Assembly (NCBI GenBank): GCA_044222185.1
Contig: JBGANV010000001.1
Coordinates: forward strand, 864,001 to 928,000
Source of the DNA: Planctomycetota bacterium
Lineage (GTDB): Bacteria; Planctomycetota; GCA-002687715; CAIWVZ01
DNA length: 64,000 nucleotides
Direction of reading: 5' to 3'
In this document: one piece after another, positions 27,085 to 37,366 of the stretch
Numbering within the stretch: the stretch's first letter is position 1
How the letters are laid out: each line of letters begins with the position of its first letter
Program-made: the position numbers and the translations under genes
Notes under the pieces: generated by a model
Told to the model about the DNA's origin: nothing
The model's input: the letters and a program-made list of their open reading frames with translations, nothing else
The model's database searches: none

Positions 27085-29061
27085 TCAGCGCGGACGGGTC
27101 GTCGACGCGAGCTGCTGGCGCGCCCACAGGATGTTGTTGGCCGCCGTCGGATGGGATGCGTCCAGCGCCAGAGCCTGCTGGCAGGCGGTGATCTCCTCTT
27201 CGAAGCGACCGAGTTCGCCCAGGCAGGAGCCCAGGTTGTTCCAGGCGACGGCCGAGCGGGGAGCGATCCTGAGTGCGTCCTGGTTCGCCTGGGCGGCATC
27301 CACGAACCGACGTTCGCGGAAGTAGTCGAGCCCGAGGGCGATGAACGTGGCCTCGCTGGGTGACGCCAGGACCGTTCTCTCCGCCGGGGACTCGGTCCGC
27401 GACGCCGCCTCGGCGGCCGAGGGAACCGTGTCTCGGGTGATTGCGGCGATCCCCGCGGCCGCCTGGGGCGCAGTGCCGGGGAATCGGAGCGCGCTCTCGA
27501 AGCGCAGGCGCGCCTCGGTCAGTCGCCCGACTCCCAGAAGCCAGCGTGCGAAGTAGAGGTCGAACTGCCGTGGCGTCGGTGCCAGCTCGATGGCTCGCCG
27601 GAAATGAACCTCGGCGTCGTCCGCGCGCCCGAGTGCGCCCTTTGCGATCCCGAGGTTGGCCTCGAGATACGGGTAGGCAGGGAGCGTGGCACGCGCGCGC
27701 TCGAACGCGTCGAGCGCCACCTGGAACCTGCCGACCGCCATCTGAGTGAGGCCCCAGTTCATGAGGCCCCGGCCGTTGTGCGGGGCCTTCGCGACGACGT
27801 CTGCCCAGAGCGACTCCTCGTCGCGCCAGACACGGTTTCGCTCCCACGTTCCGGCCGCGTACGCAATCATGAGAGCGACGACGACGAATCCGCCGATCCG
27901 ACGAAACACTCCTCCGTGGACGCCGGAGGCTCCGCACGCCAGGCCCTGGCTCGCGAGTGTGACCACCGCGAGCATCAACCCGATGTACCCCAGGAACGTG
28001 CGATGATCGTTGCGAGCCTCTGCCAGCGGTACGACGCTCGACGTCGGCAGGAGGCCGAGCAGGAACCAACCGAGGCCGAAGGCGGCAGGACGAAGCTGCG
28101 CCCTCGTCGACGTGAAGACGATCCCGGCGACGACGAGCCCGAGCGATGCCAGCCCCGCCCAAGTGCGCGGATCCGAGAAACCGGTGAAGAATGCCGTGTC
28201 ATGATCCGCGCAGAGGTCGATCGGCAGGACGAACGTGCCGACGTACCGGACGATGATCCAGGCCTGTGTCGCCGCGTAGTCCAGGCGCGACGGGCCGCCC
28301 CAGTTCATCGCAGTCCCGTGCATGGACTCCGTGAACGCGAACGCCGCCCCGCATGTCAGGAACGCCGGAAACACCGAGCGCACGACGCGAACGACGTCCC
28401 GGCGCCGCTCCCAAAGGCGCGTCAACGGGATCCCCTCCTCCACGAGCAGGGCATGCATGAAGAGGATCGGTGCATACATGGCAGCCGGCGCCTTCGCGAA
28501 TACGCCGAGGGCGGCGGGGAGCGAATGCAGGCCCCACCTGCGAATGCCGCGACCGCGTTGCCAGAGCGAGAGCGACGCAACGATCCCCGCCGTGGAGATG
28601 AGGTCGCTGCGAGCGATCACGTAGTTGAGCGTTTCCGCCGTCGCCGGATGCAGGGCGGATAGAAACGCCACCACGGCGCCGAACGTGCGGCCGTCCCCGG
28701 CGACGCCGCTGCGGCACGCGATCCACCCGGCAACGCGGGCGACGAGCCACGTCTGGAGCAGGAAGAGCACGAACATGCCCGCGTGAAACGCCCACGGCGA
28801 CAGCCCGCCCCCGATCCGATAGTCCAACGCGAGCGACGCCGTCACGAGGGGCCGGTAGGACTGGTGATCGGCGTAGATGCTGAAGGTGGCGGCGCTGCGG
28901 AAGAACTCAGGAAGGTTCGAGAGGGTCCTGATCCACGGGTTGTCGACGACGGTGTGGGAGTCGTCGAAATGGAATCCGTTGCCAAAGTGATTGGAATAGG
29001 CGACACCGAGCGCGATGGCTCCCGCTGCGACGACCAGGCTGTGGAGGGAAGGGCGCGGCAC
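27085..29061 (-). CDS. TMTC-like GT-C glycosyltransferase with C-terminal TPRs (start could be 29103)
   Basis: GFHFDD, YRPL, LHP..AETLNYVIARS, KAPAA, LPIDLCADH, HRTFL, RNRVWRDEESLW followed by TPRs. Confidence 0.82.
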   Translation of the reverse strand: MPRPSLHSLVVAAGAIALGVAYSNHFGNGFHFDDSHTVVDNPWIRTLSNLPEFFRSAATFSIYADHQSYRPLVTASLALDYRIGGGLSPWAFHAGMFVLFLLQTWLVARVAGWIACRSGVAGDGRTFGAVVAFLSALHPATAETLNYVIARSDLISTAGIVASLSLWQRGRGIRRWGLHSLPAALGVFAKAPAAMYAPILFMHALLVEEGIPLTRLWERRRDVVRVVRSVFPAFLTCGAAFAFTESMHGTAMNWGGPSRLDYAATQAWIIVRYVGTFVLPIDLCADHDTAFFTGFSDPRTWAGLASLGLVVAGIVFTSTRAQLRPAAFGLGWFLLGLLPTSSVVPLAEARNDHRTFLGYIGLMLAVVTLASQGLACGASGVHGGVFRRIGGFVVVALMIAYAAGTWERNRVWRDEESLWADVVAKAPHNGRGLMNWGLTQMAVGRFQVALDAFERARATLPAYPYLEANLGIAKGALGRADDAEVHFRRAIELAPTPRQFDLYFARWLLGVGRLTEARLRFESALRFPGTAPQAAAGIAAITRDTVPSAAEAASRTESPAERTVLASPSEATFIALGLDYFRERRFVDAAQANQDALRIAPRSAVAWNNLGSCLGELGRFEEEITACQQALALDASHPTAANNILWARQQLASTTRPR

Positions 29062-29108
29062 TCGGTGGCTCCCGGATGGGCGCCGGATAGTATCCGTCAC
29101 CACCCACG

Positions 29109-29828
29109 ATGACGATCATGCGCACGCTCCTCCTCATCAGCAGCTCCAACGTCCACGGTTTCGGTTACCTCGATCACGCCGAAGAGCAGATCCGGTCGAT
29201 CATGGGCACCCGCGGCCGGACCCTCTTCGTACCCTTTGCGCTGAAAGATCGCGACGCGTACGCGACGAAGGTTCGGGAACGACTGGCGAAGATGGAAATC
29301 GCCGTGGATTCGCTCCACGAGGCGCAGAAGAAGTCGGCCGCAATCGAGGCTGCCGACGCGATCTTCATCGGCGGGGGGAACACCTTCCGACTGCTCAAGG
29401 AGCTCCAGGACCTTCGGCTTCTCGAGCCCATCGCGCGACGCGTGGCCGCCGGGATGCCCTACGTGGGCTCCAGCGCCGGCATCAACATCGCAGCCCCGAC
29501 GATCCGCACGACGAACGACATGCCGATCGTTCAACCGACGTCCTTCGGTGCATTGAACCTCGTGCCGTTTCAGATCAACCCGCACTACCTGGACCCGGAC
29601 CCGCAGTCGACGCACAAGGGCGAAACGCGGGAGCAACGGATCAAGGAATTCCACGAGGAGAACGCAGCGCCCGTCCTGGGCATTCGAGAAGGCGCCATGC
29701 TTCGGGTCGAGGGCGAAGGGATGACCCTGCGCGGAATCGCCGGCGCGCGCCTGTTCCGTCCCGGCGAGCCCCCGGCCGAGTTCGCCATCGGCGCGAACCT
29801 GGATTTCCTCCTCCGCGGGTCCGGCTGA
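29109..29828 (+). CDS. pepE: Dipeptidase E (S51)
   Basis: FIGGGNTF, GSSAG, TTNDMPIV, QINPHY, HKGETREQRI. Confidence 0.93.
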   Translation: MTIMRTLLLISSSNVHGFGYLDHAEEQIRSIMGTRGRTLFVPFALKDRDAYATKVRERLAKMEIAVDSLHEAQKKSAAIEAADAIFIGGGNTFRLLKELQDLRLLEPIARRVAAGMPYVGSSAGINIAAPTIRTTNDMPIVQPTSFGALNLVPFQINPHYLDPDPQSTHKGETREQRIKEFHEENAAPVLGIREGAMLRVEGEGMTLRGIAGARLFRPGEPPAEFAIGANLDFLLRGSG

Positions 29829-29852
29829 CGCGTTCCTCCGACCGCTCGTTTC

Positions 29853-30758
29853 ATGGCGTCACCGACACGGCATGGCCCCGCGGGGCTCCTCCTCCTGGAC
29901 AAGGCTCGAGGTCCGACCAGCCGGCAGGTGATGAATCGACTGGAGCGGTCGCTTGGGATCTGGCCAATCGGTCACGCGGGGACGCTGGATCCGCTGGCCT
30001 CGGGCCTCCTCGTTGCACTGATCGGCGGAGCGCGTCGCATGCAGGAGTTTCTGACGGGCAAGGCCAAGCGGTATCGCGCGACGATCCGCTTCGGGGTCGT
30101 CTCGGAGACCCTCGACGGCGAGAGCGAGGCAATTGCCACTGGGCGAGTGCCAACGGCTCTCGCGGCCGAAGATGCTCGCGGACTCCTGTCTCGCTTCCTC
30201 GGTCCCCAGCTTCAAGTTCCTCCGATCTACTCGGCACTCCGCGTCAAGGGTCGGCGAGCCTACGACCTGGCGCGCCGGGGCCGCGAGGCGGAGATGACGG
30301 CGCGTCCGATCGAGGTCCATTCGATCGACCTGGTCGGGTTCACGCCAGAGCGCTGGATCGTGGACATCCTCTGCAGCGCCGGGACGTACATCCGTAGCCT
30401 GGCGCGCGACATCGGAGAAGCCGCAGGCTGCGGCGCGATCCTCGAGGATCTGCGCCGCACGGGCAGCGGAGAATTCGACGTGGAGGCGGCGCACGATCCG
30501 GAAACGGTCACGCGCGCGAGCATCGTGCCCCTGTCGGCTGCGTTGGGATCCGAAGGGCGGATCGACGTGACGGGCGAGGACATCCGCCTGCTTCGCGCCG
30601 GTGACATCATCATGCCGCAGGGGTGGTGCGATCCGGCGAAGACGTGGTTCGCGTGGGTGGACGGCCGGCCGTGCTTTCGGCTGAAATTCACATCGCCCGG
30701 GTTTGCCCGGAGCGACCTGATGCTCGAGGACCCGACCGTTCCGCGCTCAACCGAGTGA
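29853..30758 (+). CDS. truB: tRNA pseudouridine(55) synthase
   Basis: GHAGTLDPLASG, QVPPIYSA, CSAGTYIRSLARD. Confidence 0.93.
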   Translation: MASPTRHGPAGLLLLDKARGPTSRQVMNRLERSLGIWPIGHAGTLDPLASGLLVALIGGARRMQEFLTGKAKRYRATIRFGVVSETLDGESEAIATGRVPTALAAEDARGLLSRFLGPQLQVPPIYSALRVKGRRAYDLARRGREAEMTARPIEVHSIDLVGFTPERWIVDILCSAGTYIRSLARDIGEAAGCGAILEDLRRTGSGEFDVEAAHDPETVTRASIVPLSAALGSEGRIDVTGEDIRLLRAGDIIMPQGWCDPAKTWFAWVDGRPCFRLKFTSPGFARSDLMLEDPTVPRSTE

Positions 30759-32126
30759 ACGCATGACGAGATCGGGGAACGCGGCGGCCGGGAACGTGCC
30801 CGTGCAGCCGCGCAGGAGCGCGGGATCGGAGACGAGGAGCACCGGTCCCAGCTCCGGACGCGCCGCGCGCCGCCCGTGCGAGCCCCGGATGATCGACGCG
30901 TCGAGTCCGACGAGGTCGAACACGGTTCTGAACCCGCAGAGCTTGCGCGCCAGCTTCATCGCGGCGCGAAGCTTGGGCGCGGTGAGCGTGGGATCGAAGA
31001 ACAGCTCCGCCGGGTCATACCCCGGCTTGCGGTGGATGTCGACGCACCGTGCGAAGTCCGGCGCGCGGCGATCGTCGAGCCAGTAGTAGTAGGTGAACCA
31101 GGCGTCGGGTTCGCTGACGAGCACGAACTCGCCGGAACGCGCGTGGTCGAGGCCTTCGCGCCGCTTTCCGTCTTCATCGAGGACCTCGGCGACGCCCGGA
31201 AGCCGTTCGAGCACGTCGCGCGTCCGGGAGAGATCCCTCGAGTCCCGCACGTAGACGTGGGCGATCTGGTGGTCGGCGACGGCGAACGCACGCGACGCGA
31301 CGGGGTCGAGAAGCTCACCGTCCTCGTCGCGCACGATCAGGAGGCCCGCCTCGCGCAGCGCGCGGTTTGGATGTACGGGGCGCGAGACCGGATCGATCCC
31401 ATATTCGGAGAAGACGATCGCGGTCGCGCCGTCGCAAAGGCAATCCTCGATCAACGGGCCCACCTGACCGTCCACGGCGCGAAGGGCCTCGCGTGAGCGC
31501 GGATCGTCGGGCCCATATCGCTGGAGGTCATAGTCCAGATGGGGGACGTAGACGCTGAGTACGGAAGGGGCCTTTTGGTCCCAGACGTGCCGCGCCGCCT
31601 CGACGATCCACCGGGAGGAAGGAAGCCCCGCACCCGGTCCCCAGAACTGGAACAAGGGGAACTGCCCCAGGCTCGACTGGAGTTCCGCGCGAAGCTCCGA
31701 TGGTTGCGTCCAGATGTCTGGGAGCTTGCGTCCATCGGCTTTGTACTGGGGTCGGGGAGTCACGCACCAGGTCGACGGCGCCCCCATGGCGTACCAGAGG
31801 AACATCCGGGCGACCGTGGATCCGGGGCGCTCGCGCAGAATGCGCGCATGCACGTCTTCCGCCTGGACCAGTCCGAACGATTGCCTCCAAAGCCAGATCT
31901 CCTGCAGCTCGCGGAAGAACCAGCCGTTGCCGACGATCCCATGCTCGCGAGGCAACCGGCCCGTGAGGAGGGTCGCCTGCGACGAGCACGTGAGCGCGGG
32001 GAACGGGCACTCGAGCGGCATCACCGCCCCTCCGCCGTCTCGCAGCATGGCGAGGTGGGGCGTGTCGGGCCCGATCAGGGATGGTGTGAGCCCGACGACG
32101 TCGACGAGGAGCAGGCGGGGTTCCAT
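30747..32126 (-). CDS. eboF: Alkaline-phosphatase-superfamily nucleotide pyrophosphatase, EboF-like
   Basis: VDVVGLT, PALTCSSQAT, HGIVGNGW, FPLFQFWGP, YVPHLDYDLQR, SEYGI, AVADHQIAH, VDIHRKPGYDP, RGSHG. Confidence 0.8.
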   Translation of the reverse strand: MEPRLLLVDVVGLTPSLIGPDTPHLAMLRDGGGAVMPLECPFPALTCSSQATLLTGRLPREHGIVGNGWFFRELQEIWLWRQSFGLVQAEDVHARILRERPGSTVARMFLWYAMGAPSTWCVTPRPQYKADGRKLPDIWTQPSELRAELQSSLGQFPLFQFWGPGAGLPSSRWIVEAARHVWDQKAPSVLSVYVPHLDYDLQRYGPDDPRSREALRAVDGQVGPLIEDCLCDGATAIVFSEYGIDPVSRPVHPNRALREAGLLIVRDEDGELLDPVASRAFAVADHQIAHVYVRDSRDLSRTRDVLERLPGVAEVLDEDGKRREGLDHARSGEFVLVSEPDAWFTYYYWLDDRRAPDFARCVDIHRKPGYDPAELFFDPTLTAPKLRAAMKLARKLCGFRTVFDLVGLDASIIRGSHGRRAARPELGPVLLVSDPALLRGCTGTFPAAAFPDLVMRSLG

Positions 32127-32139
32127 GGGGTCGCCCGCG

Positions 32140-32763
32140 TCAAACGAAGCGCTGCATGAGGAGTGACCTCACCATGTCGACGGCGATGTGGTTCTCGCCA
32201 CCGCGGGGGATGATGACGTCAGCGAAGTGCTTCGTCGGCTCGCAGAACTCCAGGTGGCACGGCCGAACGGATCGCTCGTACTGCTTCAGGATCGAATCGA
32301 GCGAACGGCCGCGCTCGAGCGTGTCGCGCTGGATGCGCCGCATGAGGCGCAAGTCGTCGGGAGTATCCACGAAAACCTTGATGTCGAGGCGCTCGCGAAC
32401 GCCGGGATGCCACAGCACGAGGATGCCCTCCAGCACGATCAAAGGCGTTGACTCGACGACGAGAGTCTCCGTGCGACGGTTGTGGCGCACGTAGTCGTAG
32501 ACCGGCATCTCCACAGGTTCGCCAGCCGTCAGGCGATCGATGTGCTCACGAAGGAGCTCGAAGTCGAACGCGGATGGGTGATCGAAGTTGACCTGATGGC
32601 GTTCGTCGAGCGAGAGGTGCGAGAGGTCGCAATAGTACGAGTCGAGCTCGATCATGACCGATCGTTCGCGACCGATGCTTTCCTGGAGGCGGCGCGCGAT
32701 GGACGTCTTGCCGGATGCGGTACCGCCGGCGATGCCGACGACGATCGGTCGATTCGTGGTCAC
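32140..32763 (-). CDS. udk: Uridine kinase
   Basis: GIAGGTASGKT, DSYY, NFDHPSAFD, EGIL, RD..ERGR, EPTK.FADVIIP; GTG start overlaps the upstream stop. Confidence 0.93.
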   Translation of the reverse strand: MTTNRPIVVGIAGGTASGKTSIARRLQESIGRERSVMIELDSYYCDLSHLSLDERHQVNFDHPSAFDFELLREHIDRLTAGEPVEMPVYDYVRHNRRTETLVVESTPLIVLEGILVLWHPGVRERLDIKVFVDTPDDLRLMRRIQRDTLERGRSLDSILKQYERSVRPCHLEFCEPTKHFADVIIPRGGENHIAVDMVRSLLMQRFV

Positions 32764-34694
32764 GCGCCCGATGTACCGTATCCCAACGGCTCGAGCAACG
32801 TGAGCGCCGTCTGGTACTTGCCCAGTTGCGGCATCACGTACACGCCGACGACGGCGTCCATGAACTCCTGGAGCATCTCGCGCGCGATGAGCACGCCCTC
32901 GTTGATGCCTGCAGGACCGGTCCCGGCGAGTTTCATGCGCTCGCGGATCGCATCCGGCACCGCCATGCCAGGAACTTCGTTGTGCAGGAACTCGGCGTTG
33001 CGGTGTGAGACGAGCGGGCAGAGTCCCAAGAGGACCGGGACGTTGAACGCGCGGACGTCGTTCAGGAAGCGGCTGATGACGTCGCGGTCGTACACCGGTT
33101 GCGTCATGATGAGTTCCGCGCCGGCTTTCACCTTCTTCTCGAGGCGCTGCAACTCGCGGTCGTAGTTCACCGAGCCCGGTTCCGCGCCGCACGCGAGGAA
33201 GAACGACGTGGCCTCACCGACCATCTTGCCCGTGGGATCGATGCCGCGGTTCAGGCTGTTGACCAGCTTCAGCAGTTCGATCGAGTCGAGATCGAACACA
33301 GGCGTCGCCTTCGGGTAGTCACCGAGCTTGGGGGGATCGCCTGTGATGATGACGAGGTTGCGGTAGCCGAGGACGTGGTCACCCAGGAGATCCATCTGCA
33401 GGCCGAGCAGGTTCCGATCACGGCAGCACACGTGCAGCAACACTTCGATGCCGACCTGTTCCATGATCTTCACGCCGAGCGCGGCGTTGCTCATGCGGAC
33501 GACGGCGCGTGGTCCGTCGGCGATGTTCACCACGTCGACGCCGCCCTTGACCAGCATGCGCGCCAGCTCGACGGGACGCGCGACGTCGAGCCCATGGGCC
33601 GGGTTCACTTCGACGGACACGGCGAAGTCGGCGCGACTCGAGGGCGCCTGCCGTCGCGTCCCACCACCGAGCCGGTCGCGAAAGATGTCGACGACCTTTC
33701 GCGCGAATGCCGATTTCTTCTCCGTGGGCGTGGGCTCGGTTCCGCGCGGTGGCTCGACGGTGAGCGTGGTCGTCGTGGGAGTGGCTGGCAGGACCTTGGG
33801 CCCTGCGCCCATCATCCGCGCAGCCGCCGCCATGGATTGGATGTGTTCCGGGTGAGTTCCACAGCACCCGCCGACCAGTCGGACACCTGCCTTCAAATAG
33901 CGACGCGCGAAGACTCCGAAGTACTCCGGCGTCGCCATGTAGATCGTTCGCGAGTCCACGCGCCGCGGCTGGCCGGCGTTCGGTTGCGCCGCGACCAGGG
34001 GGACCGCCTTCAGCATCTCGCTGACGACGTCGAAGACGACGGACGGGCCGTCGCAGCAGTTCACCCCGACGACGTCGGCGCCGAAGGTGCGCAGCAGGCC
34101 GGCGACTGCGTCCGGTGGTGTGCCGTCGCGCAGCCGGCCATCGTCCTCGAAGGACATCTGCGCGACCACCGGGCCGTCGAAGTGTTCCCGTGCAACCTCG
34201 ATGGCGACCTGGATCTCGCCCAGGTGGTGGAACGTCTCGAACATCAACGTGTCTACGCCCTCCTCGACGAGGGCACGGATCTGGACGCGGAACGCGTCCG
34301 CGATCTCCGTCTTCTTGTCCTCGGGGAGGTACCCGCTGCCCTCGCCGGTGGGGCCGACCGACCCGGCGACGTAGGCCCGATCGCCGGCCGCGGCGCGCGC
34401 GAGCAGGACGCCGGCCCGGTTGATGCCGTCGACCTTGTCCGCGATGCCGTAGCGGCCCAGGAGGAATCGGTTCGAGGAGAACGTGTTGGTCTCCAGGACC
34501 TCTGCGCCGGCGCGGACGTAGCCCTCGTGAATGCTTCGAACGAGCTCCGGGTTCGTGAGGTTCGCCTCGTCGAAGGAGCGATTTATGAAGTGACCCCGCT
34601 CGTAGAGCATGGTCCCCATGGCCCCGTCGCAGACGAGGGGGCGTTTGGTCAGGTCGTCGAGGAATCCGGGGCGGACGGGCGTGCGGCGGGTCAT
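32760..34694 (-). CDS. yitJ: Bifunctional homocysteine S-methyltransferase / methylenetetrahydrofolate reductase
   Basis: DGAMGT, ETNTF, PNAG.P, GGCCGT; then NIADGP, HVCCRDRN, ITGDPP, TQPVY, HNEVPG. Confidence 0.9.
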   Translation of the reverse strand: MTRRTPVRPGFLDDLTKRPLVCDGAMGTMLYERGHFINRSFDEANLTNPELVRSIHEGYVRAGAEVLETNTFSSNRFLLGRYGIADKVDGINRAGVLLARAAAGDRAYVAGSVGPTGEGSGYLPEDKKTEIADAFRVQIRALVEEGVDTLMFETFHHLGEIQVAIEVAREHFDGPVVAQMSFEDDGRLRDGTPPDAVAGLLRTFGADVVGVNCCDGPSVVFDVVSEMLKAVPLVAAQPNAGQPRRVDSRTIYMATPEYFGVFARRYLKAGVRLVGGCCGTHPEHIQSMAAAARMMGAGPKVLPATPTTTTLTVEPPRGTEPTPTEKKSAFARKVVDIFRDRLGGGTRRQAPSSRADFAVSVEVNPAHGLDVARPVELARMLVKGGVDVVNIADGPRAVVRMSNAALGVKIMEQVGIEVLLHVCCRDRNLLGLQMDLLGDHVLGYRNLVIITGDPPKLGDYPKATPVFDLDSIELLKLVNSLNRGIDPTGKMVGEATSFFLACGAEPGSVNYDRELQRLEKKVKAGAELIMTQPVYDRDVISRFLNDVRAFNVPVLLGLCPLVSHRNAEFLHNEVPGMAVPDAIRERMKLAGTGPAGINEGVLIAREMLQEFMDAVVGVYVMPQLGKYQTALTLLEPLGYGTSGA

Positions 34695-34826
34695 GGGCGG
34701 GGGGATTCTACGCGGGGAAATTCGTTCCGCTCGCGGCCGCGACTACCCGCCCCGAGGATCGTCGATAGCATGGGGCCGCCGCCCGTGGCCTGTCGTCTCG
34801 TCCACTGACTTTTCGGGGAGAAAGTC

Positions 34827-36101
34827 ATGCCTTCGCTTGCGTCTGCGCGGAGCCCCAGGCTTCGCGTCTTCATCGTCGTCACTTCATTGTTCGTCCTTTC
34901 CGGCCTGATCCTTCAAGGTTGCGCAGGCGAACCGATCGCGTCGCGCCCAGTCGAGAAGAAGAAGGATTACTGGAGGCCGCTGGCGCCGGGCGCCACGGCA
35001 CTCGTCCGGGTGACCGACCCACGGGAGTTGCCCGACTTCCGCAAGATCGAGTTCAAGGATCCGGCGATCCTCGCGGCCCTCGACGAGAGCGAGGCGTTCT
35101 TCCGCAAGCCGTCCTCGCAGAAGTACTACCCCTACAAGACGGCCGACAGCGAGGTCACGCACCAGATGCAGCTCGACACGCTGCAGACCCTCCGCCGGAT
35201 CATCATGGCGTCGCGAACTCCGGAGGAGTTCCATGGGTGGATGACGGGCGCGTTCGACGTGTTCAAATCCGTCGGCGCTGACGAACAGGGTGCCGTGCTC
35301 TTCACGGGCTACTACACGCCGATCTTCGACGGCAGCCTGACCAAGGACGCCACGTTCAAGTACCCGCTCTACAGCCGTCCTGACGACCTCGTCACGGACC
35401 CGGACGGACTTCCGCTCGGACGTCGGACTCCGGACGGGCGCATCGTGCCGTACTACACACGCGACGAGATCGAGCGCGGCAACCTCATGGCGGGGCGCGA
35501 ACTGGCGTACCTCTCGGACCCCTTCGAGGTGTACATCGTCCACGTCCAGGGTTCGGCCAGGCTCCGCATGCGGGACGGTCGCTTCCTGAACCTGGGCTAC
35601 GCCGGCAAGACCGACCGGCCCTACAAGAGCGTCGGCATGACGCTGATCGAGCAGGGGAAGATGACGCGCGAAGAACTGTCCCTCTCGCGCCTGCGCCGCT
35701 ACTTCAAGGAGCACCCGCAGGAACTGGACGCGGCCCTCGGGGTGAACGAGTCCTACGTGTTCTTCACCAAGTACGACGAATCCGCACGGTGGCCGCTGGG
35801 CTCCATCAACGCCAAGGTGACGCCGTACCACACGGTTGCGACCGACAAGGCGATCTTCCCGCGCGGAAGCTTCGTGATCCCGCAAACGTCAATTCCGTCG
35901 CCGGGCTCGCCCGAGAAGCTGTCGTTCGTCCCACACATGGGCATCTACTTCGACCAGGACACGGGTGGCGCGATCCGCGCCGCCGGTCGCTCCGACATCT
36001 ACATGGGCGTGGGGCCCGATGCGGAGAAGATTGCCGGATACACTCAGAACGAGGGCAAGCTCTTCTATCTGTTCGTCAAACCCAACCCCGTGCGTCCGTA
36101 G
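34827..36101 (+). CDS. mltA: Membrane-bound lytic murein transglycosylase A (lipoprotein)
   Basis: Lipobox LQGC; FTGYYTP, HVQGS, N.SYVFF, DTGGAI, R.DIYMG. Confidence 0.9.
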   Translation: MPSLASARSPRLRVFIVVTSLFVLSGLILQGCAGEPIASRPVEKKKDYWRPLAPGATALVRVTDPRELPDFRKIEFKDPAILAALDESEAFFRKPSSQKYYPYKTADSEVTHQMQLDTLQTLRRIIMASRTPEEFHGWMTGAFDVFKSVGADEQGAVLFTGYYTPIFDGSLTKDATFKYPLYSRPDDLVTDPDGLPLGRRTPDGRIVPYYTRDEIERGNLMAGRELAYLSDPFEVYIVHVQGSARLRMRDGRFLNLGYAGKTDRPYKSVGMTLIEQGKMTREELSLSRLRRYFKEHPQELDAALGVNESYVFFTKYDESARWPLGSINAKVTPYHTVATDKAIFPRGSFVIPQTSIPSPGSPEKLSFVPHMGIYFDQDTGGAIRAAGRSDIYMGVGPDAEKIAGYTQNEGKLFYLFVKPNPVRP

Positions 36102-36111
36102 ATAGGTCCGG

Positions 36112-37365
36112 ATGACTGAAGACCCGATGGAGTCCGATCAAGCCGACGAGGTCGCGGAGATCCCGTCGACCGTCTACGCGTTCTGGCCTGATCGCGAGCC
36201 GCCGCTCGAGGAAGAGGTTCGACTCGCCCTGGAGCGGAGCTTCCCGGGGACGCACGTCATCGAGGAACTGGATCCCGAGGGCGACATGGTCTGGGGGCAC
36301 GTCGTCCGCCTCCCCGAGCACGAGGCCGAGTTCGTGATCTGGGTCGAGGAGCGGGGCGAGATGTCGGATGACATCATCCAGGAGACCGTTCCAGACGAAG
36401 ATGAGCGGCGCGCGGCGACCGCGGCGCGGTGGATGGTGGGCGTGGAGACCGTCCTGGACCCACGTCAGGCGCTCGGCGACTTCCAGACGCAGCTGCGGAT
36501 TCTCGACGCCGTGTCGATCCCCGGTTTGCCGGCGGTCTATGACGACAACGCCCTGGTCGTCCGGTCGGGGAAGCACGTCCGCGAACTGGCCCGATCGAAC
36601 GTGCCCCCGCGCGCCGCGACGCTCTATGCCATTCACGAGATGGAAGGGCGCACGGGGATCTGGCTCCACACCCACGGACTCGTTCGCCTCGGGATTCCCG
36701 AGTTCGAGCTCATGGGACTGAGCGCATCGGACGTGCGCGAGGGCTACGACCTCATCGACGCGCTGGTGGACGTCATCTATGGGGGCGGCGAACTCGACGA
36801 GAGCGGCGTCATTTCGATCGGCGAGGAGATGGATGTCCGCCTGGTTTCCGTCGACGAGGCGCTCGAGGTCGTCTCCGGGGATGTTCGGACGACGCGCACC
36901 GAGCATCAGCTCGAAGACGATGAGCACAAGGGGCCCCGCGTGGCGATCCTCGCGAAGGAGCGCAACGAGCCGCCCTACGAGTTGCTCGATCGGCTGAAGC
37001 AGGACGCGGTCCTGTTCAAGTCGAACGAGGAGTCGGATCGGCAGCGGCGTCTCGCGATCGAGCGGTTCGGAGTGTTCGGTCAGCTCTTCGCGATCCGTCG
37101 ACAGGAAGGCTGGCGCTTCCACGCCAAGCTGGCCTTCGATCGGGAGAGCGAGCCCGCCGTGCCCGAGCACCTGTGGTTCGAGATCCGAGAGCTCCGTCCG
37201 GGCGCTCTGCGCGGCGTCTGCCTGAACGAGCCGCTGGAGGGCCTTCCGATCCACGTCGGAGACGAAAACTGGTACAGCCTCGAGAAACTGACCGACTGGA
37301 TCGTCGTGGCCCCGCAGGGGATCTACGACCCCGAAGCCGCCGCCGTCCTTCTCGCCGACGCTTGA
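36112..37365 (+). CDS. Acidic DUF4026/DUF2314-like protein
   Basis: WLHTHGLVRLGIPEFE; C-terminal EHLWFEI...GVCLNEP...LTDW. Confidence 0.7.
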   Translation: MTEDPMESDQADEVAEIPSTVYAFWPDREPPLEEEVRLALERSFPGTHVIEELDPEGDMVWGHVVRLPEHEAEFVIWVEERGEMSDDIIQETVPDEDERRAATAARWMVGVETVLDPRQALGDFQTQLRILDAVSIPGLPAVYDDNALVVRSGKHVRELARSNVPPRAATLYAIHEMEGRTGIWLHTHGLVRLGIPEFELMGLSASDVREGYDLIDALVDVIYGGGELDESGVISIGEEMDVRLVSVDEALEVVSGDVRTTRTEHQLEDDEHKGPRVAILAKERNEPPYELLDRLKQDAVLFKSNEESDRQRRLAIERFGVFGQLFAIRRQEGWRFHAKLAFDRESEPAVPEHLWFEIRELRPGALRGVCLNEPLEGLPIHVGDENWYSLEKLTDWIVVAPQGIYDPEAAAVLLADA

Positions 37366-37366
37366 G

